The notes: generated by a model not told the origin, from the sequence alone. DNA of 64,000 nt from Alphaproteobacteria bacterium (GCA_963422645.2 CAXXVO010000017.1:64001-128000); one strand, 5' to 3'. Shown: positions 34,111 through 47,742, counted from the stretch's first letter. Made by a program: numbers and translations.

Positions 34111-35082
34111 TTAGAGGCGAATGACGCCGGCGCCCCATACCAGCCCGCCACCGATCGCCTCGATCACCAGCAGGTCGCCCGGCGTAATCCGGCCATCGTC
34201 GATACCAGCCTTGAGCGCGAGCGGGATGGAGGCGGACGAGGTATTGGCGTGGCGGTCCACGGTCACGATCGTCTTTTCCGCGGGGATTCCGAGCTTCTTG
34301 CCGGTCGCGTCGATGATCCGGCGGTTCGCCTGGTGAGGCACCAGCCAGTCGACCTCGTCGGCGCCGACGCCAGCGGCATCCAGCGCCTCGCCCGCGATCT
34401 CCGCCAGATTGGCCACGGCATGGCGAAAGACCTCGCGCCCCTGCATTCTCAGATAGCCGGAGGTCTGGGTGGAGGAAACGCCGCCGTCCACATAGAGCGC
34501 CTGGTAGTGGCGCCCGTCGGAGCGCATGCGAACCGCGAGCACGCCCCGGTCCGCCGTGGTTCCGGCGCCTGGCTCCGCGTGCAGCACGGCGGCGCCTGCA
34601 CCGTCGCCGAAGAGCACGCAGGTCTGGCGGTCGTCCCAGTCGAGGATGCGCGAATAGGTCTCGGCGCCGATGATGAGCGCCGTCTCAGCAGCGCCGCTGC
34701 GGACCATGCTGTCGGCCACCGAGAGCGCGCAGACGAAGCCCGCGCACACGGCCTGGACGTCGAAGGCGATGCCGCCGGTCATGCCGAGCCTGGCCTGCAC
34801 CTTGGTCGCGGTGGCGGGAAAGGTGTTGTCCGGTGTCGACGTCGCCAGCACCAGCAGATCCAGCGCCTCGGCCCGCACGCCGGCCGCCTCCAGCGCCGCT
34901 TGGCTGGCCTCATAAGCGAGATCGGAGGTCAGCTGGTCATCGGCGGCGACATGGCGCTGCCTGATGCCGGTGCGGGTCTTGATCCACTCGTCGCTGGTGT
35001 CGATGCGCGTGCTGAGCTCTTCGTTGCTGAGCACGCGCTCAGGGAGGTAGGCGCCGCAACCGACCAGCCGGGAGCGGCGCAT
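34111..35082 (-). CDS. fabH: Beta-ketoacyl-ACP synthase III
   Basis: 'AVCAGF', 'PHQAN', 'ANTSSAS'. Confidence 0.95.
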   Translation of the reverse strand: MRRSRLVGCGAYLPERVLSNEELSTRIDTSDEWIKTRTGIRQRHVAADDQLTSDLAYEASQAALEAAGVRAEALDLLVLATSTPDNTFPATATKVQARLGMTGGIAFDVQAVCAGFVCALSVADSMVRSGAAETALIIGAETYSRILDWDDRQTCVLFGDGAGAAVLHAEPGAGTTADRGVLAVRMRSDGRHYQALYVDGGVSSTQTSGYLRMQGREVFRHAVANLAEIAGEALDAAGVGADEVDWLVPHQANRRIIDATGKKLGIPAEKTIVTVDRHANTSSASIPLALKAGIDDGRITPGDLLVIEAIGGGLVWGAGVIRL

Positions 35083-35084
35083 GG

Positions 35085-36137
35085 CTAGAGCGCGGCCCTC
35101 TTCGGCTCCGGCAGGGCGGCGAGTTGGAGGCGCGACAGCTCCTCGATGATCTTGGGATTGATCCCTTGGCTCACCATGTCGAAGGCGACGCCGATGGCGT
35201 TGGCAAAGCCCTTGTGATCGGTGCCGCCGTGGCTCTTCACCACGACCCCGTTGACGCCCAGGAACATCGCGCCGTTATAGGCGCGGGGGTCAACCCGCTC
35301 CCGCAGCAGGCGCAGCGCCGGCCGCGCCAGCAGGTAGCCGAGGCGCGAGAAAAGCGAACGCCGGAAGGCGCTCTTCAGATACTCGGTGTAGAGGCGCGCC
35401 GTGCCCTCGGCCGACTTGAGCGCGATGTTGCCGGCAAAGCCATCGGTGGCGATCACATCGACCGTGCCGGCCGCGATGTCATCGGCCTCGACGAAGCCGT
35501 GGAACTTGATGGGCAGGCCGGAATTCCGCAGCGTTGCAGCGGCGGTGCGGATGGTCTCCGAGCCCTTCAACTCCTCGGTGCCGATGTTGAGCAGGCCCAC
35601 GGTCGGCTCGCGAACGCCGAGGACGTTGCGTGCGAAGACCTCGCCCATCACCGCGAACTGCGCGAGCACCGTCGAATCGCAGTCGATATTGGCGCCGAGA
35701 TCGAGCATCACGCTCTCGCCCCGCACCGTGGGCACGATCGACCCCATCGCAGGGCGCCCGATGCCCGGCAGGGTCTTGAGCATGATCTTGGCCAGCGCCA
35801 TCAGCGCGCCGGTGTTTCCCGCCGAGACCACGCCGTGTGCCGCGTTCTCGCCCACGGCGTCGATGGCGAGCCGCATGCTCGAGCCCTGGCGCCGGCGCAG
35901 CGCCTGGACCGGCTTGTCGTCGTCGGCGATCACCTCCTCGGCATGGTGGACGGTGCTCACCGACTTCAGGCGCTTGAACTTCTCCAGGCCCGCGGCGATA
36001 GCCGACTCCTTGCCGAAGAACATAAAGCGGAGCTGGGGATGGCGCACACGGGCGATGTTGGCGCCCCGGATCACCACGTCGGGAGCCCCGTCTCCGCCCA
36101 TCGCATCGAGGGCGATCACGATCTCCGATTTGTTCAT
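35085..36137 (-). CDS. plsX: Phosphate acyltransferase
   Basis: 'DAMGGD', 'SAGNTGA', 'KSHG'. Confidence 0.95.
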   Translation of the reverse strand: MNKSEIVIALDAMGGDGAPDVVIRGANIARVRHPQLRFMFFGKESAIAAGLEKFKRLKSVSTVHHAEEVIADDDKPVQALRRRQGSSMRLAIDAVGENAAHGVVSAGNTGALMALAKIMLKTLPGIGRPAMGSIVPTVRGESVMLDLGANIDCDSTVLAQFAVMGEVFARNVLGVREPTVGLLNIGTEELKGSETIRTAAATLRNSGLPIKFHGFVEADDIAAGTVDVIATDGFAGNIALKSAEGTARLYTEYLKSAFRRSLFSRLGYLLARPALRLLRERVDPRAYNGAMFLGVNGVVVKSHGGTDHKGFANAIGVAFDMVSQGINPKIIEELSRLQLAALPEPKRAAL

Positions 36138-36168
36138 CCGCGGGCCTTCGCCTCGGCCTGGTGTTCGG

Positions 36169-36348
36169 CTAGGCCTCGCCCTCGATCACCTCGCGGCCCC
36201 TGTAGTAGCCGCAGGCCCGACACACATGGTGGGGCAGCTTGTGCTCGCCGCAATTGGGGCACTCCCCCAGGTTGGCCTTCGCCAATCCGTCATGGGAGCG
36301 ACGGCTCCCGCGCCGCGCACGGGATACTTTCTTTTTTGGGACAGCCAT
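36169..36348 (-). CDS. rpmF: 50S ribosomal protein L32 (absent from the ORF track)
   Basis: Translated by hand: [19 protein letters not shown]...[20 protein letters not shown] (59 aa). Confidence 0.95.
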   Translation of the reverse strand: MAVPKKKVSRARRGSRRSHDGLAKANLGECPNCGEHKLPHHVCRACGYYRGREVIEGEA

Positions 36349-36442
36349 GGACAGCTTCTCACCGCTTGATTGTGCCGGCGCTGCGCTCTCGCCTCAGCAG
36401 AATCGCGCCAGCCGCGCCGGCACTACACGATCGACTCGCACA

Positions 36443-37015
36443 TTACAACTTGCTTTTCAATTGGCCAAGCGCCGCGAAGGGTCCAGCGCCTCCGTCGTCG
36501 CCCGATGTGTCCTTTTTGGGCCCATCTTCGCCTGCCGTGTAGGTGAGCGGATCGGCCGGCGCATCCGGGTGGCGCGGATAGGGGTCGAGGAGGAGCGCAA
36601 GATGCTCCGCCACCACCTCGCCCACGTGGATTCCCTCCTCCGGCAGCGGCTCGGCCTCGTCGCCCTCCGCCAACACCTCGACCTCTTGCGCGGGCTGATC
36701 GGCAGGCAAGGGCGCGTAGAGGGCCGAGATGGACTCGCTTACCCTTCGGGGCACGGGCTCAAGCGTCACGACGCAGCTCTGAACCAACCCCGCCCGGATA
36801 ATCCCGGTCACACGGATTGCCCCTTTGGCCTCGTCGGCCACCTCAAAGCGGAGCTGCGCCGAGAGCGCCTCCAACGATACCAGGTCGAGACGGCGCGCGA
36901 GCGCCGCCTTCTCCTCTGCATCGGCCTCGAACGCAATGGTGAGGCCCCGCGGGCCCACCTCGTCCGCTGCGATCAGGCGCCGGCCCCCGGCTCCGGCGCG
37001 AGCGGCGGCGCTCAC
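36443..37015 (-). CDS. YceD/DUF177 protein
   Basis: 'QSCVVTLEP', 'LDPYPR', 'GPFAAL'; upstream of rpmF. Confidence 0.9.
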   Translation of the reverse strand: MSAAARAGAGGRRLIAADEVGPRGLTIAFEADAEEKAALARRLDLVSLEALSAQLRFEVADEAKGAIRVTGIIRAGLVQSCVVTLEPVPRRVSESISALYAPLPADQPAQEVEVLAEGDEAEPLPEEGIHVGEVVAEHLALLLDPYPRHPDAPADPLTYTAGEDGPKKDTSGDDGGAGPFAALGQLKSKL

Positions 37016-37602
37016 TGGCCACCCTCCTCGGCAGCGGCCAGCGGAGGCACCGGCGGCAGTCCAACCTCGCCACCGAGCAGCGCCGCGGGACTGTGATCGT
37101 CGAGCGCGTCCAGCAGCGTCTCGACATAGCCGGCCATCGCCTGCACGCGTGCGGCGGGCGGCGGCACGTTGTTGAAGACGTTGCGCTCAAGCGCCTCGGC
37201 GATGGCGCGGCGGCGCTTCGCCCCCGGCGCCTGGTCGAAGGCCTGGTCGTAGGCCTTGGCGCGCCCGTAGAAGGCACGCGCCATCTGCTTCACCCGCTTG
37301 CCAACGCGCAGATCGCCGACACCCATTTCCCGCAGGCTCTGATCCATGTCGTCGAACATCACGTCGAAGAGCGCCTGGCTCAGCTGCCGGCCCGCGTCGT
37401 CGCACTGGCGCAGCCTGCGCATCAGCGGCACGACGTGCAGGACGATCAGATCGAAGCGGCCGTCGAGCGTGTCCGCGACCCCGCCCTCGGTGTAGAGGAT
37501 CGGCTGACGCGCCTGACGCACCGCCGCCGTGTAGAGACGGCGGGCCGCCTCGCGCCGGCGCTTGCGCCCCTTCAGATGGCGCCAGAGGCGCACGACTGCC
37601 AT
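37012..37602 (-). CDS. Ubiquinol-cytochrome c chaperone family protein
   Basis: 'DTLDGRFD', 'LREMGVGD', 'AFYGR..AY'. Confidence 0.9.
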   Translation of the reverse strand: MAVVRLWRHLKGRKRRREAARRLYTAAVRQARQPILYTEGGVADTLDGRFDLIVLHVVPLMRRLRQCDDAGRQLSQALFDVMFDDMDQSLREMGVGDLRVGKRVKQMARAFYGRAKAYDQAFDQAPGAKRRRAIAEALERNVFNNVPPPAARVQAMAGYVETLLDALDDHSPAALLGGEVGLPPVPPLAAAEEGGQ

Positions 37603-37694
37603 GACGATCCCTCGCCCCCGACCCCGCGTAACCCGTTGACACGCCCCGGCAACGCGCGCAGTTTGGCGCGGCTCGGCGAACGGAGGTGGCGTCC

Positions 37695-38186
37695 ATGAGG
37701 CATCGGCGCGGTCATGCTGAATTCGTCCCGGCGCGCGGGCGAGGCCGGCGCGCCCGGCGCATGGTTCTCGGCTGCGCCCTGGCGGCGGCCCTGCTCGCCG
37801 GCTGCGCACCGATCGTCCACCAGCAAGGCCACATCCGCAACGCGGAAGTGCTGGCCCAGATCGAGCCCGGCGAGCAGACCCGCGAAGAGGTCGCACGACT
37901 GCTGGGCACGCCGTCGGCGGTGGGGACGTTCGACGCCAAGCGCTGGTACTACATCAGCCGCCGGACTGAGACGACGGCGTTTTACGAACCCGAGCTGGTC
38001 GACCAGAGCGTGACCGTGATCGCCTTCGACGAAAACGGTGTCGTGGCGGAGGTCGCCTCGGTGTCGATCGAAGAGGCGCGCGCGATCGCGCCGGTCGAGG
38101 AGGAGAGCCCGACGCGCGGCCGCGAGCTCAGCTTCTTCGAGCAGATCTTCGGCAACATCGGCCGGCCGGTCGCGACCAACCAGTAG
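37695..38186 (+). CDS. bamE: Outer-membrane assembly lipoprotein BamE
   Basis: Lipobox LAGC, 'LLGTPS', 'WYYI'. Confidence 0.88.
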   Translation: MRHRRGHAEFVPARGRGRRARRMVLGCALAAALLAGCAPIVHQQGHIRNAEVLAQIEPGEQTREEVARLLGTPSAVGTFDAKRWYYISRRTETTAFYEPELVDQSVTVIAFDENGVVAEVASVSIEEARAIAPVEEESPTRGRELSFFEQIFGNIGRPVATNQ

Positions 38187-38227
38187 GACGCCTCCTTCCG
38201 TCGCTCCCCCTTCGGCGCTCAGGCGCA

Positions 38228-40321
<2,094 letters not shown>

Positions 40322-40702
40322 GGTGGCAACCTCATTGAGCGATGGGGAGAAAGGCGCGTGTGCGCGCAGTAACGCACGCCGGGGCGGCCCCGCCGGCGCG
40401 GCGGAAATTAGAAGAAGAGCGCGGCGAGCGCAACCTGAGTAGCGCAGACGCGTCGCTCGGCAGCCTACGGGCCTGAGCATAGGATGAACCGGGCAGCAAA
40501 GCGGACCGGAGCGCGCGACTGCGCGCCGCGCCGAACGGCGCGTAGCCAAGCAAGCGGAGCGCGCGCCCGGCGACTGAGGGAAATGAACGTAACTGCCCAG
40601 GTCGTCTGATTTGTCATTTTGGGCCAGTGGATTGAGGCGTTTCTCGTTCGGAGTTGGTGGAAAGGGCTTGACGGGAATTTCGGGAAATGACTCAACAACG
40701 AC

Positions 40703-42208
40703 ATGAGCAATCCCGAGTCGCCGCGCGGCCCTTCGACGGGAGCAGCGCCCGAAACGCCCGCGCAGAAGATCGCCCGCCTGGAGGAGGAGAACGCCCGGCT
40801 TCGGGAGGAAAATGCCTGGCTTCGGCAGCAGAACGCGCGGCTGGAAGAGCAAGTCGCGCGTCTCGTCGAGCGCATCGAGGAGTTGGAGCGCCGTCTCGGC
40901 CTCAACAGCGGCAACAGCGGCAAGCCGCCTTCGAGCGATGGGCTGAGGAAGCCGAATTCGAAGCGGCGAACCCGAAGCCTGCGCGGCAAATCGGGCCGCA
41001 AGCCCGGTGGCCAGCCCGGCCACAAGGGCAAGACGCTGCGCCGCGCCGATCACCCGGATCGGGTGAAGGATCACGTCCCGGCTTCCTGCAAGGGATGCGG
41101 TTCGCCGCTTTCGGACGCGGCCAGGGCGGGAACGCCCGTCGCCCGCCAGGTGTTCGATCTGCCCGAGCCGAGCCCCCTGGAGGTGACCGAGCACCGGGCG
41201 CATGCCAAGTGCTGCGGGCATTGCGGGACGGTGACCCGGGCGGCGTTCCCCGACGGGGTGTCGGCGCCGGTGCAGTACGGCCCGCGCATTGCCGGGGTGG
41301 CGGTCTACCTTCAGCACGCTCACTTCCTGCCGGAGGATCGGCTGTCGCAGGTGATGGCCGAGCTCTTCGGCGCGCCGGTGACGGCTGCGACGTTGGCGAC
41401 GATGAGCGAGAGGGCGGCCGAGCGGCTGCGGGACGCGGCCTTGCACATACAGGACCTGGCGGCGGGCACGGCGCGGGTGAAACACATGGACGAGACCGGC
41501 TTGCGGATCGGCGGTCAGACGCAGTGGCTTCATGTGATCTGCACGCCGCTGCTGGCGGCGTACCGGGTCAGCGGCAAGCGCGGCGCCCTGCTCTCGGGTG
41601 TCTCCGGCATCGTCGTGCACGATCACTGGAAGCCGTACTTCGCGATGGAAGGGGTGGAGCACGGCCTGTGCAACGCCCATCACCTGCGGGAGTTGCAGGC
41701 GCTGGTGGACATCGAAGGGGAGGCTTGGGCCCGGCGGATGCAGCAGCTCCTGCGCCGAGCCAATCGCGCCGCCCGCATCGCGCTGGACAAGGATATCGCC
41801 GTTCCGGCGAGGCTTGTGGCGCTGATCGAGCGCCGATACGACGAGATCATCGCCGATGCGCTGGCCTTTCACGAGAGCCAACCACCGTTCTCGCCTGGCA
41901 AGAGGAAGAAGCGCCGGAAGCGAAGGATCGGTCACAATCCGGCCTTGAGGCTGCGCGACCACAAATGCGCGGTGCTCCGGTTCCTGATCGACCTCGAGGT
42001 CGGGTTCACGAACAACGAGGCCGAGCGCGACCTTCGGATGATGAAGCTGCGCCAGAAGATCTCCGGGGGCTTCCGGTCCGCGCAGGGGGCCGAGAACTTC
42101 GCCATCCTGCGCAGCGTCATCACCACCGCCAGAAAGCAGGGCTGGAATATCATCGAAGCCCTGACCAGCCCATCGGATCGGCTCATCGCCACCGTCAAGT
42201 GCGCGTAA
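40703..42208 (+). CDS. tnpC: IS66 transposase
   Basis: Protein identical to that of 21090-22595. Confidence 0.95.
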   Translation: MSNPESPRGPSTGAAPETPAQKIARLEEENARLREENAWLRQQNARLEEQVARLVERIEELERRLGLNSGNSGKPPSSDGLRKPNSKRRTRSLRGKSGRKPGGQPGHKGKTLRRADHPDRVKDHVPASCKGCGSPLSDAARAGTPVARQVFDLPEPSPLEVTEHRAHAKCCGHCGTVTRAAFPDGVSAPVQYGPRIAGVAVYLQHAHFLPEDRLSQVMAELFGAPVTAATLATMSERAAERLRDAALHIQDLAAGTARVKHMDETGLRIGGQTQWLHVICTPLLAAYRVSGKRGALLSGVSGIVVHDHWKPYFAMEGVEHGLCNAHHLRELQALVDIEGEAWARRMQQLLRRANRAARIALDKDIAVPARLVALIERRYDEIIADALAFHESQPPFSPGKRKKRRKRRIGHNPALRLRDHKCAVLRFLIDLEVGFTNNEAERDLRMMKLRQKISGGFRSAQGAENFAILRSVITTARKQGWNIIEALTSPSDRLIATVKCA

Positions 42209-42250
42209 GCTCACCTGGCACGGGTTCTCCAACAGCGGAGCCATTCTCAT

Positions 42251-42461
42251 AAACGATCATGGTCGACGCCGTGCTGGACCACCCCATAGAATGAAAATCG
42301 GTGCCCGTCGCGCGGGCGGACTTCGGGCCACATCGGGGTAGCTTACCGGTCGCAGTCCGCAAGAGGGGCATCGTGAGCTGTGAAACCCGGCGACCACAGA
42401 GGAGCACACGGGCGTCGCGTGGGTAGCGTTGTGCCGAATCCCAGAGAATTTTCACAGCAAG
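42251..42461 (+). mobile_element. Miniature IS110-derived element inside IS66 copy B
   Basis: Same as 22638-22848, with one substitution seen (CGACCACAG vs CGACCCCAG). Confidence 0.7.
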
Positions 42462-42554
42462 AACCTGGGCAGTTACAAATGAACAGGGCCCCGGGCTGGT
42501 ACAGCCCGGGGCCGCTGGTATAGTGCGCGCGGTTTCAGACCCGGGAGAGGACGA

Positions 42555-43409
42555 ATGAAGCTGTTGCGTGTGGGCGAGGCAGGCGCCGAGCGGCCGGCCG
42601 TGATGCTGGATGACGGAACCATCATCGACGTATCGAGCGCGGTCGGCGAGATCGACGGCGCCTGGCTCGATAGCGGCGGCGTGGACCGGCTGGCAAAGAC
42701 CTTGTCCGAAGGCACCGATCGCTTCCCCAGCGTCGACCCCGGCACACGGATCGGCCCGCCGGTGGCGCGGCCCGGCCATATCATCGCCATCGGCCTCAAC
42801 TATGCCGACCACGCCAAGGAAGCCGGCATGGACCTGCCGACGGAGCCGATCATCTTCACCAAGGCGCCGAGCTCCTACAGCGGGCCGGACGACGACGTGC
42901 TGATCCCGCGCGGCAGTACGGAGACGGACTGGGAGGTGGAGCTCGGGGTGGTAATCGGCCGCACGGCTGAGTACCTGCCGGACGAGGACACGGCGATGGG
43001 CCACGTCGCCGGCTACTGCATCTGCAACGACGTCTCCGAGCGGGACTTCCAGCTCCGGCACGGCCCCACATGGGTCAAGGGCAAGTCGGCCCGGACCTTC
43101 TGCCCCACCGGCCCGTGGCTGGTCACGCGCGATGAGGTTCCCGACCCGCAAAGCCTCGCCATGTCGCTCACGGTCAGCGGCGAGGTGCGCCAGAGCGGCA
43201 CCACCGCCACGATGATCTTCGGCGTCGCTCACCTCGTCTGGTATGCCAGCCAATTCATGGTGCTGGAGGCGGGCGATCTGATTGCGACAGGGACCCCGCC
43301 CGGCGTCGGCATGGGCATGAAGCCGCCGGTCTTCCTCAAGCCGGGCGACGTGATGGAGCTCGAGATCGAGAGCCTCGGCCGCCAGCGGCAGACGCTGCGC
43401 CAAGCGTAA
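42555..43409 (+). CDS. Fumarylacetoacetate hydrolase family protein
   Basis: 'IGLNYADH', 'DWEVELG', 'NDVSERD', 'TGTPPGVG'. Confidence 0.92.
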   Translation: MKLLRVGEAGAERPAVMLDDGTIIDVSSAVGEIDGAWLDSGGVDRLAKTLSEGTDRFPSVDPGTRIGPPVARPGHIIAIGLNYADHAKEAGMDLPTEPIIFTKAPSSYSGPDDDVLIPRGSTETDWEVELGVVIGRTAEYLPDEDTAMGHVAGYCICNDVSERDFQLRHGPTWVKGKSARTFCPTGPWLVTRDEVPDPQSLAMSLTVSGEVRQSGTTATMIFGVAHLVWYASQFMVLEAGDLIATGTPPGVGMGMKPPVFLKPGDVMELEIESLGRQRQTLRQA

Positions 43410-43419
43410 GCAGCGCCGA

Positions 43420-43448
43420 TTGACAGGGGTGCGGGCGCTCCCTATGGT
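43420..43448 (+). promoter_or_regulatory. Sigma-70 promoter of rpmJ
   Basis: TTGACA-17 nt-TATGGT. Confidence 0.7.
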
Positions 43449-43474
43449 GCGCCGCCCCTCGAAGAGAGGATGAG

Positions 43475-43600
43475 ATGAAGGTCTTCAACTCGCTGCGCGC
43501 CGCCAAGAATCGCCACAAGGATTGCCAGATCGTGCGCCGCAAGGGCCGCGTCCTGGTCATCAACAAGCGCAACCCGCGCTTCAAGGCGCGCCAGGGCTGA
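43475..43600 (+). CDS. rpmJ: 50S ribosomal protein L36, zinc-free type (absent from the ORF track)
   Basis: [41 protein letters not shown]. Confidence 0.93.
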   Translation: MKVFNSLRAAKNRHKDCQIVRRKGRVLVINKRNPRFKARQG

Positions 43601-43724
43601 CCGCGCCCGGTCGCTTCGGCCGATCCAGCACAGCGCCGGCTCGGATTGACGAGCGGCGCGCGCGCACCGACAATCCGCCACGCTCACAAGGGAGGGTCCA
43701 CGCCGGGTCCCGAAAGGTGCTGCC

Positions 43725-45215
43725 GTGATCGCCATGCCTGAGCCCGATGCGGGCGTCATCAGCCAGCGCCAGTCTCTGGTTGCGGCGCTGCACAAGCTGC
43801 TGCCCGCGGACTGCGTGATCGACGACGAGCGCGGGCTTCGCCCCTTCGAGTGCGACGGCCTCAGCGCTTACCGGTCGTTGCCGATGGTCGTCGTGCTGCC
43901 GCGCGATACGCGCGAGGTCAGTCGCGTGCTCTCGCTTTGCCACGAGCGGGGCGTCAAGATCGTGCCGCGCGGTGCCGGCACCGGGCTTTCGGGCGGCGCG
44001 CTGCCGCTCGCCGACGGGGTCACCGTGGGCCTCGGCAAACTCAACCAGGTCCTCGCAATCGACACCGCCAACCGCTGCGCCGTGGTCCAGCCTGGTGTCG
44101 CCAATCTCGCCATCAGTACGGCAGTCAGCCCCTATGGCTTCTACTATGCGCCGGACCCCTCCAGCCAGATCGCCTGCTCGATCGGGGGCAATGTCGCGGA
44201 GAATTCCGGCGGCGTGCACTGCCTCAAATACGGGCTCACCACCAATAATCTGCTCGGCGTCGAGATGGTGCTGATGGACGGCGAGGTCCTGCGCCTCGGC
44301 GGCAAGCAGTTCGACGCCGAGGGCTACGATCTGCTCGGCGTGGTGACCGGCTCCGAGGGGCTGCTCGGCGTCGTGACCGAGGTGACGGTCCGGCTGCTCC
44401 CCAAGCCCGCCACGGTGCGCGCGTTGCTGCTCGGGTTCCCCGACAACGCGTCGGCCGGTGCTTGCGTGGGTGAGATCATCGCCGCCGGGATCATTCCGGC
44501 CGGGCTGGAAATGATGGACAAGCCGGCGATCGAAGCGGCGGAAGCCTTCTGCCAGGCCGGCTATCCCATGGACGTCGCGTCGATCCTGATCTGCGAGCTG
44601 GACGGGCCCGAGGTGGAGGTCGACGAGCTCGTCGCCCTGGTCGGAGACCTCGCCCGCAAGTCGGGCGCGACGACGATCCGCACGAGCAGGGACGAGGCGG
44701 AGCGGGAACGCTTCTGGCTCGGCCGCAAGTCCGCCTTCGGCGCCGCTGGCCGCATGGCGCCCGACTACTACGTCATGGACGGCACGATTCCCCGCGCGCG
44801 CCTGCCCGAAGTCCTGACCCGGATCGGCGAACTTTCACGCGAATACGATCTGCCCGTCGCAAACGTCTTCCACGCGGGCGACGGCAACCTGCATCCGCTC
44901 ATCATGTACGATTCCAGCATCCCCGGCGCCCTGCAGCGCACCGAGGAGATGGGCTCGGAGATCCTCAGGCTCTGCGTCGAGGTGGGCGGCGTGCTCACCG
45001 GCGAGCACGGTGTCGGCGTTGAGAAGCGCGACCTGATGGGCACGATGTTCACCGACGACGACCTCAAGCAGCAGCAGCGGATCAAGTGTGCCTTCGATCC
45101 GGACCAGCTGCTCAACCCGGGAAAGGTCTTCCCAACGCTCCACCGCTGCGCCGAGCTCGGCCAGATGCACGTCCACCGCGGCGAGACGCCGTTCCCCGAC
45201 CTGCCCCGCTTCTGA
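43725..45215 (+). CDS. glcD: Glycolate oxidase subunit D
   Basis: 'PRGAGTGLSGG', 'HAGDGNLH', 'GEHGVG'. Confidence 0.93.
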   Translation: MIAMPEPDAGVISQRQSLVAALHKLLPADCVIDDERGLRPFECDGLSAYRSLPMVVVLPRDTREVSRVLSLCHERGVKIVPRGAGTGLSGGALPLADGVTVGLGKLNQVLAIDTANRCAVVQPGVANLAISTAVSPYGFYYAPDPSSQIACSIGGNVAENSGGVHCLKYGLTTNNLLGVEMVLMDGEVLRLGGKQFDAEGYDLLGVVTGSEGLLGVVTEVTVRLLPKPATVRALLLGFPDNASAGACVGEIIAAGIIPAGLEMMDKPAIEAAEAFCQAGYPMDVASILICELDGPEVEVDELVALVGDLARKSGATTIRTSRDEAERERFWLGRKSAFGAAGRMAPDYYVMDGTIPRARLPEVLTRIGELSREYDLPVANVFHAGDGNLHPLIMYDSSIPGALQRTEEMGSEILRLCVEVGGVLTGEHGVGVEKRDLMGTMFTDDDLKQQQRIKCAFDPDQLLNPGKVFPTLHRCAELGQMHVHRGETPFPDLPRF

Positions 45216-46432
45216 TGGCCGACAGTCTGGCGCCGACGGATGCGGACGGCCTCGCGGATGCCGTGCGCTGGGCCGTCGCGGGCGAGCACCCGCTGGAGGT
45301 CGTCGCCGGCGGCTCCAAGCGGAACTTCGGCCGGCCGGTGCAGAGCGCGGCCACCCTTTCGCTCGCCGCGTTCGATGGCATCGTCGAATATCAACCCTCT
45401 GAGCTGGTGCTGACGGCCAAGGCAGCGACGCCTCTCGCAACCATCCAAAGTGCGGTCGAAGCCGAGAGGCAGATGCTGGCGTTCGAGCCTGCGGACTATG
45501 CGCCGCTGTTCGGCTCGGCCGAAGGCGCCACTCTGGGCGGTGCCCTCGCCTGCAACCTCTCAGGCCCGCGCCGGATCAAGGCGGGTGCGGCGCGCGATCA
45601 CTTCCTCGGCGTGCACGCGGTGAGCGGGCGCGGCGAGCGCTTCAAGGCCGGCGGCCGCGTGGTTAAGAACGTGACCGGCTACGATGTCTGCAAGCTGCTC
45701 GCGGGCTCCTGTGGCACGCTCGCGCTCATGCACGAGGTGACAGTCAAGGTCCTGCCTGCGCCGGAGCGGACGCGCACGGTGCTGGTCTATGGGCTCGAGA
45801 CGGCCCACGCCATGGATGCCTTGGGCGCGGCGCTCGGGAGCGCGCACGAGGTCTCGGGCGCGGCCCACATGCCGGCTGAGGTGGCGGCGCGCTCAGGCGT
45901 TTCCTACGTCGCGGGCGCGGCCACTGCGGTCAGCGCGGTCCGGGTCGAGGGCTTTCCCGCCTCGGTGGAAGCACGCTGCGGGGCGCTGCGCGAGCTGCTC
46001 GGGCGCTTCGGTGCGGTCGAGGAGCTTCACTCCAGAAACTCGGCGACGCTCTGGCGCGAGATCCGGGACGCCCGGGCCTTCGCCGACGACAGCGGGCCAC
46101 TATGGCGCCTCTCCGTGCCGCCGGCATCCGGTGCGGTCGCAGCCGCACGCGTCACGGACGCAACGGATGCGCGCGTCCTTTTCGATTGGGGCGGCGGGCT
46201 CGTCTGGCTCGCGGTCGACGGGACGCCGGATGCGGGGGAAACTGCCGTGCGAGCCGCCGCTGCGGCTGTGGGCGGGCACGCGACCCTGGTCCGCGCCGAT
46301 GCGCCGACACGGGCGGCGCGTGCGGTCTTCCAGCCCCAGACGGCGGGCCTCGCGGCGCTGACGGAGCGCATCAAGCGCGCTTTTGATCCGGCAGGCGTGC
46401 TCAACCCCGGGCGCATGTACGCGGGCGTGTAG
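45215..46432 (+). CDS. glcE: Glycolate oxidase FAD subunit E
   Basis: 'GGRVVKNVTGYD', 'DWGGG', 'FDPAGVLNPGR'. Confidence 0.93.
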   Translation: MADSLAPTDADGLADAVRWAVAGEHPLEVVAGGSKRNFGRPVQSAATLSLAAFDGIVEYQPSELVLTAKAATPLATIQSAVEAERQMLAFEPADYAPLFGSAEGATLGGALACNLSGPRRIKAGAARDHFLGVHAVSGRGERFKAGGRVVKNVTGYDVCKLLAGSCGTLALMHEVTVKVLPAPERTRTVLVYGLETAHAMDALGAALGSAHEVSGAAHMPAEVAARSGVSYVAGAATAVSAVRVEGFPASVEARCGALRELLGRFGAVEELHSRNSATLWREIRDARAFADDSGPLWRLSVPPASGAVAAARVTDATDARVLFDWGGGLVWLAVDGTPDAGETAVRAAAAAVGGHATLVRADAPTRAARAVFQPQTAGLAALTERIKRAFDPAGVLNPGRMYAGV

Positions 46433-46437
46433 CGGCG

Positions 46438-47742
46438 ATGCAGACCCAGTTCACAGAGAGTCAGCTTGCGCTCCCGGCACTGGCGCAAGCCAACGAGGTG
46501 CTCCGTACCTGCGTCCATTGCGGGCTCTGCCTCTCCACCTGCCCCACCTATGCGCTGCTCGGCGACGAGCGGGACAGCCCGCGCGGGCGCATCTACCTGA
46601 TCAAGGACATGCTGGAGCAGGACGCGCCGGCCGACGCCACGGTAACCCGCCACATCGACCGCTGCCTCTCCTGCCTTTCGTGCATGACCACCTGCCCGGC
46701 GGGGGTCGACTACATGCACCTGGTCGACCATGCACGCGGCCATATCGAGCGCACCTGGAAGCGACCGCCCGTCGAACGTGCGATTCGCACTCTGCTCGGT
46801 GTCGTGCTGCCCCGCCCTAGTCTGGCGCGCCTCGCCCTTCTCGCCGCGCGGGGGCCGGCGCTGCTGGCGCCGCTCTTCAGTGGAAAACTCGGTGCTCTGC
46901 TCCGCCTCGCCGGCCGGCCTTCGTATGGGCCGAGCTGGGTCGAGCGGCCGCAGGTCATCCCCGCCCAGGGTCATCGGCGCAAGCGGGTGGCGCTGCTCAC
47001 GGGTTGCGTGCAATGCGTGCTGGCGCCGGAGATTAACGAGGCGGCGGTGCGTGTTCTCACCCGCCACGGCTGCGAGGTGGTGGTGCCGCGCGGCGCCGGC
47101 TGCTGCGGTGCGCTCTCCCACCATCTGGGCGACGAGGCGCGCAGCCAGGCCCGAGCCGCACGCACGGCGGCCGCGTTCGCGCGCGAGGCAGCCCAAGACG
47201 GGTTCGATGCCGTCGTCGCCACGGCGTCAGGCTGCGGGACGATGCTCAAGGACTACGGCCACCTGCTCAAGGACGACGAGACCCACGCCGCAACGGGGGC
47301 GCAGGTGGCAGCGCTCGCCCGCGATATCAGCGAGGTACTCGACGAGCTGGGCGTCACCGGCCTCGGGTCGCCACCCTTGAGCGCGCCTGTCGCCTATCAC
47401 TCGGCCTGCTCGCTCCAGCACGGCCAGAAAATCGACCGGCAGCCAATGGCGCTCCTTGCCGCCGCCGGCTTTGACGTGCGAAGGGTGCCGGACGGTCATT
47501 TCTGCTGCGGCTCGGCGGGCACCTATAATATGCTTCAGCCCGACTTGGCCGGTGCGCTCGGCGCGCGCAAGGCATTAGCGATCGAAAGCACCGGTGCTGC
47601 GCTGGTGGCTGCGGGCAATATCGGCTGCATGGTGCAGATCGCCGGCCACACTGCGTTGCCGGTGGTGCACACGGTCGAGCTACTCGACTGGGCAACCGGC
47701 GGGCCGCGTCCGGCGGCGCTGCAGCGGCTTGCAGCCGCGTGA
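46438..47742 (+). CDS. glcF: Glycolate oxidase Fe-S subunit F
   Basis: Two CxxCxxCxxxC motifs and CCG domains. Confidence 0.93.
   Translation: MQTQFTESQLALPALAQANEVLRTCVHCGLCLSTCPTYALLGDERDSPRGRIYLIKDMLEQDAPADATVTRHIDRCLSCLSCMTTCPAGVDYMHLVDHARGHIERTWKRPPVERAIRTLLGVVLPRPSLARLALLAARGPALLAPLFSGKLGALLRLAGRPSYGPSWVERPQVIPAQGHRRKRVALLTGCVQCVLAPEINEAAVRVLTRHGCEVVVPRGAGCCGALSHHLGDEARSQARAARTAAAFAREAAQDGFDAVVATASGCGTMLKDYGHLLKDDETHAATGAQVAALARDISEVLDELGVTGLGSPPLSAPVAYHSACSLQHGQKIDRQPMALLAAAGFDVRRVPDGHFCCGSAGTYNMLQPDLAGALGARKALAIESTGAALVAAGNIGCMVQIAGHTALPVVHTVELLDWATGGPRPAALQRLAAA

Larger units (their letters stand above)
40589..42476 (+). mobile_element. IS66 copy B (intact, 1888 bp)
   Basis: Terminal repeats and an 8-bp duplication AAATGAAC (40581-40588, 42477-42484). 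Confidence 0.95.
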
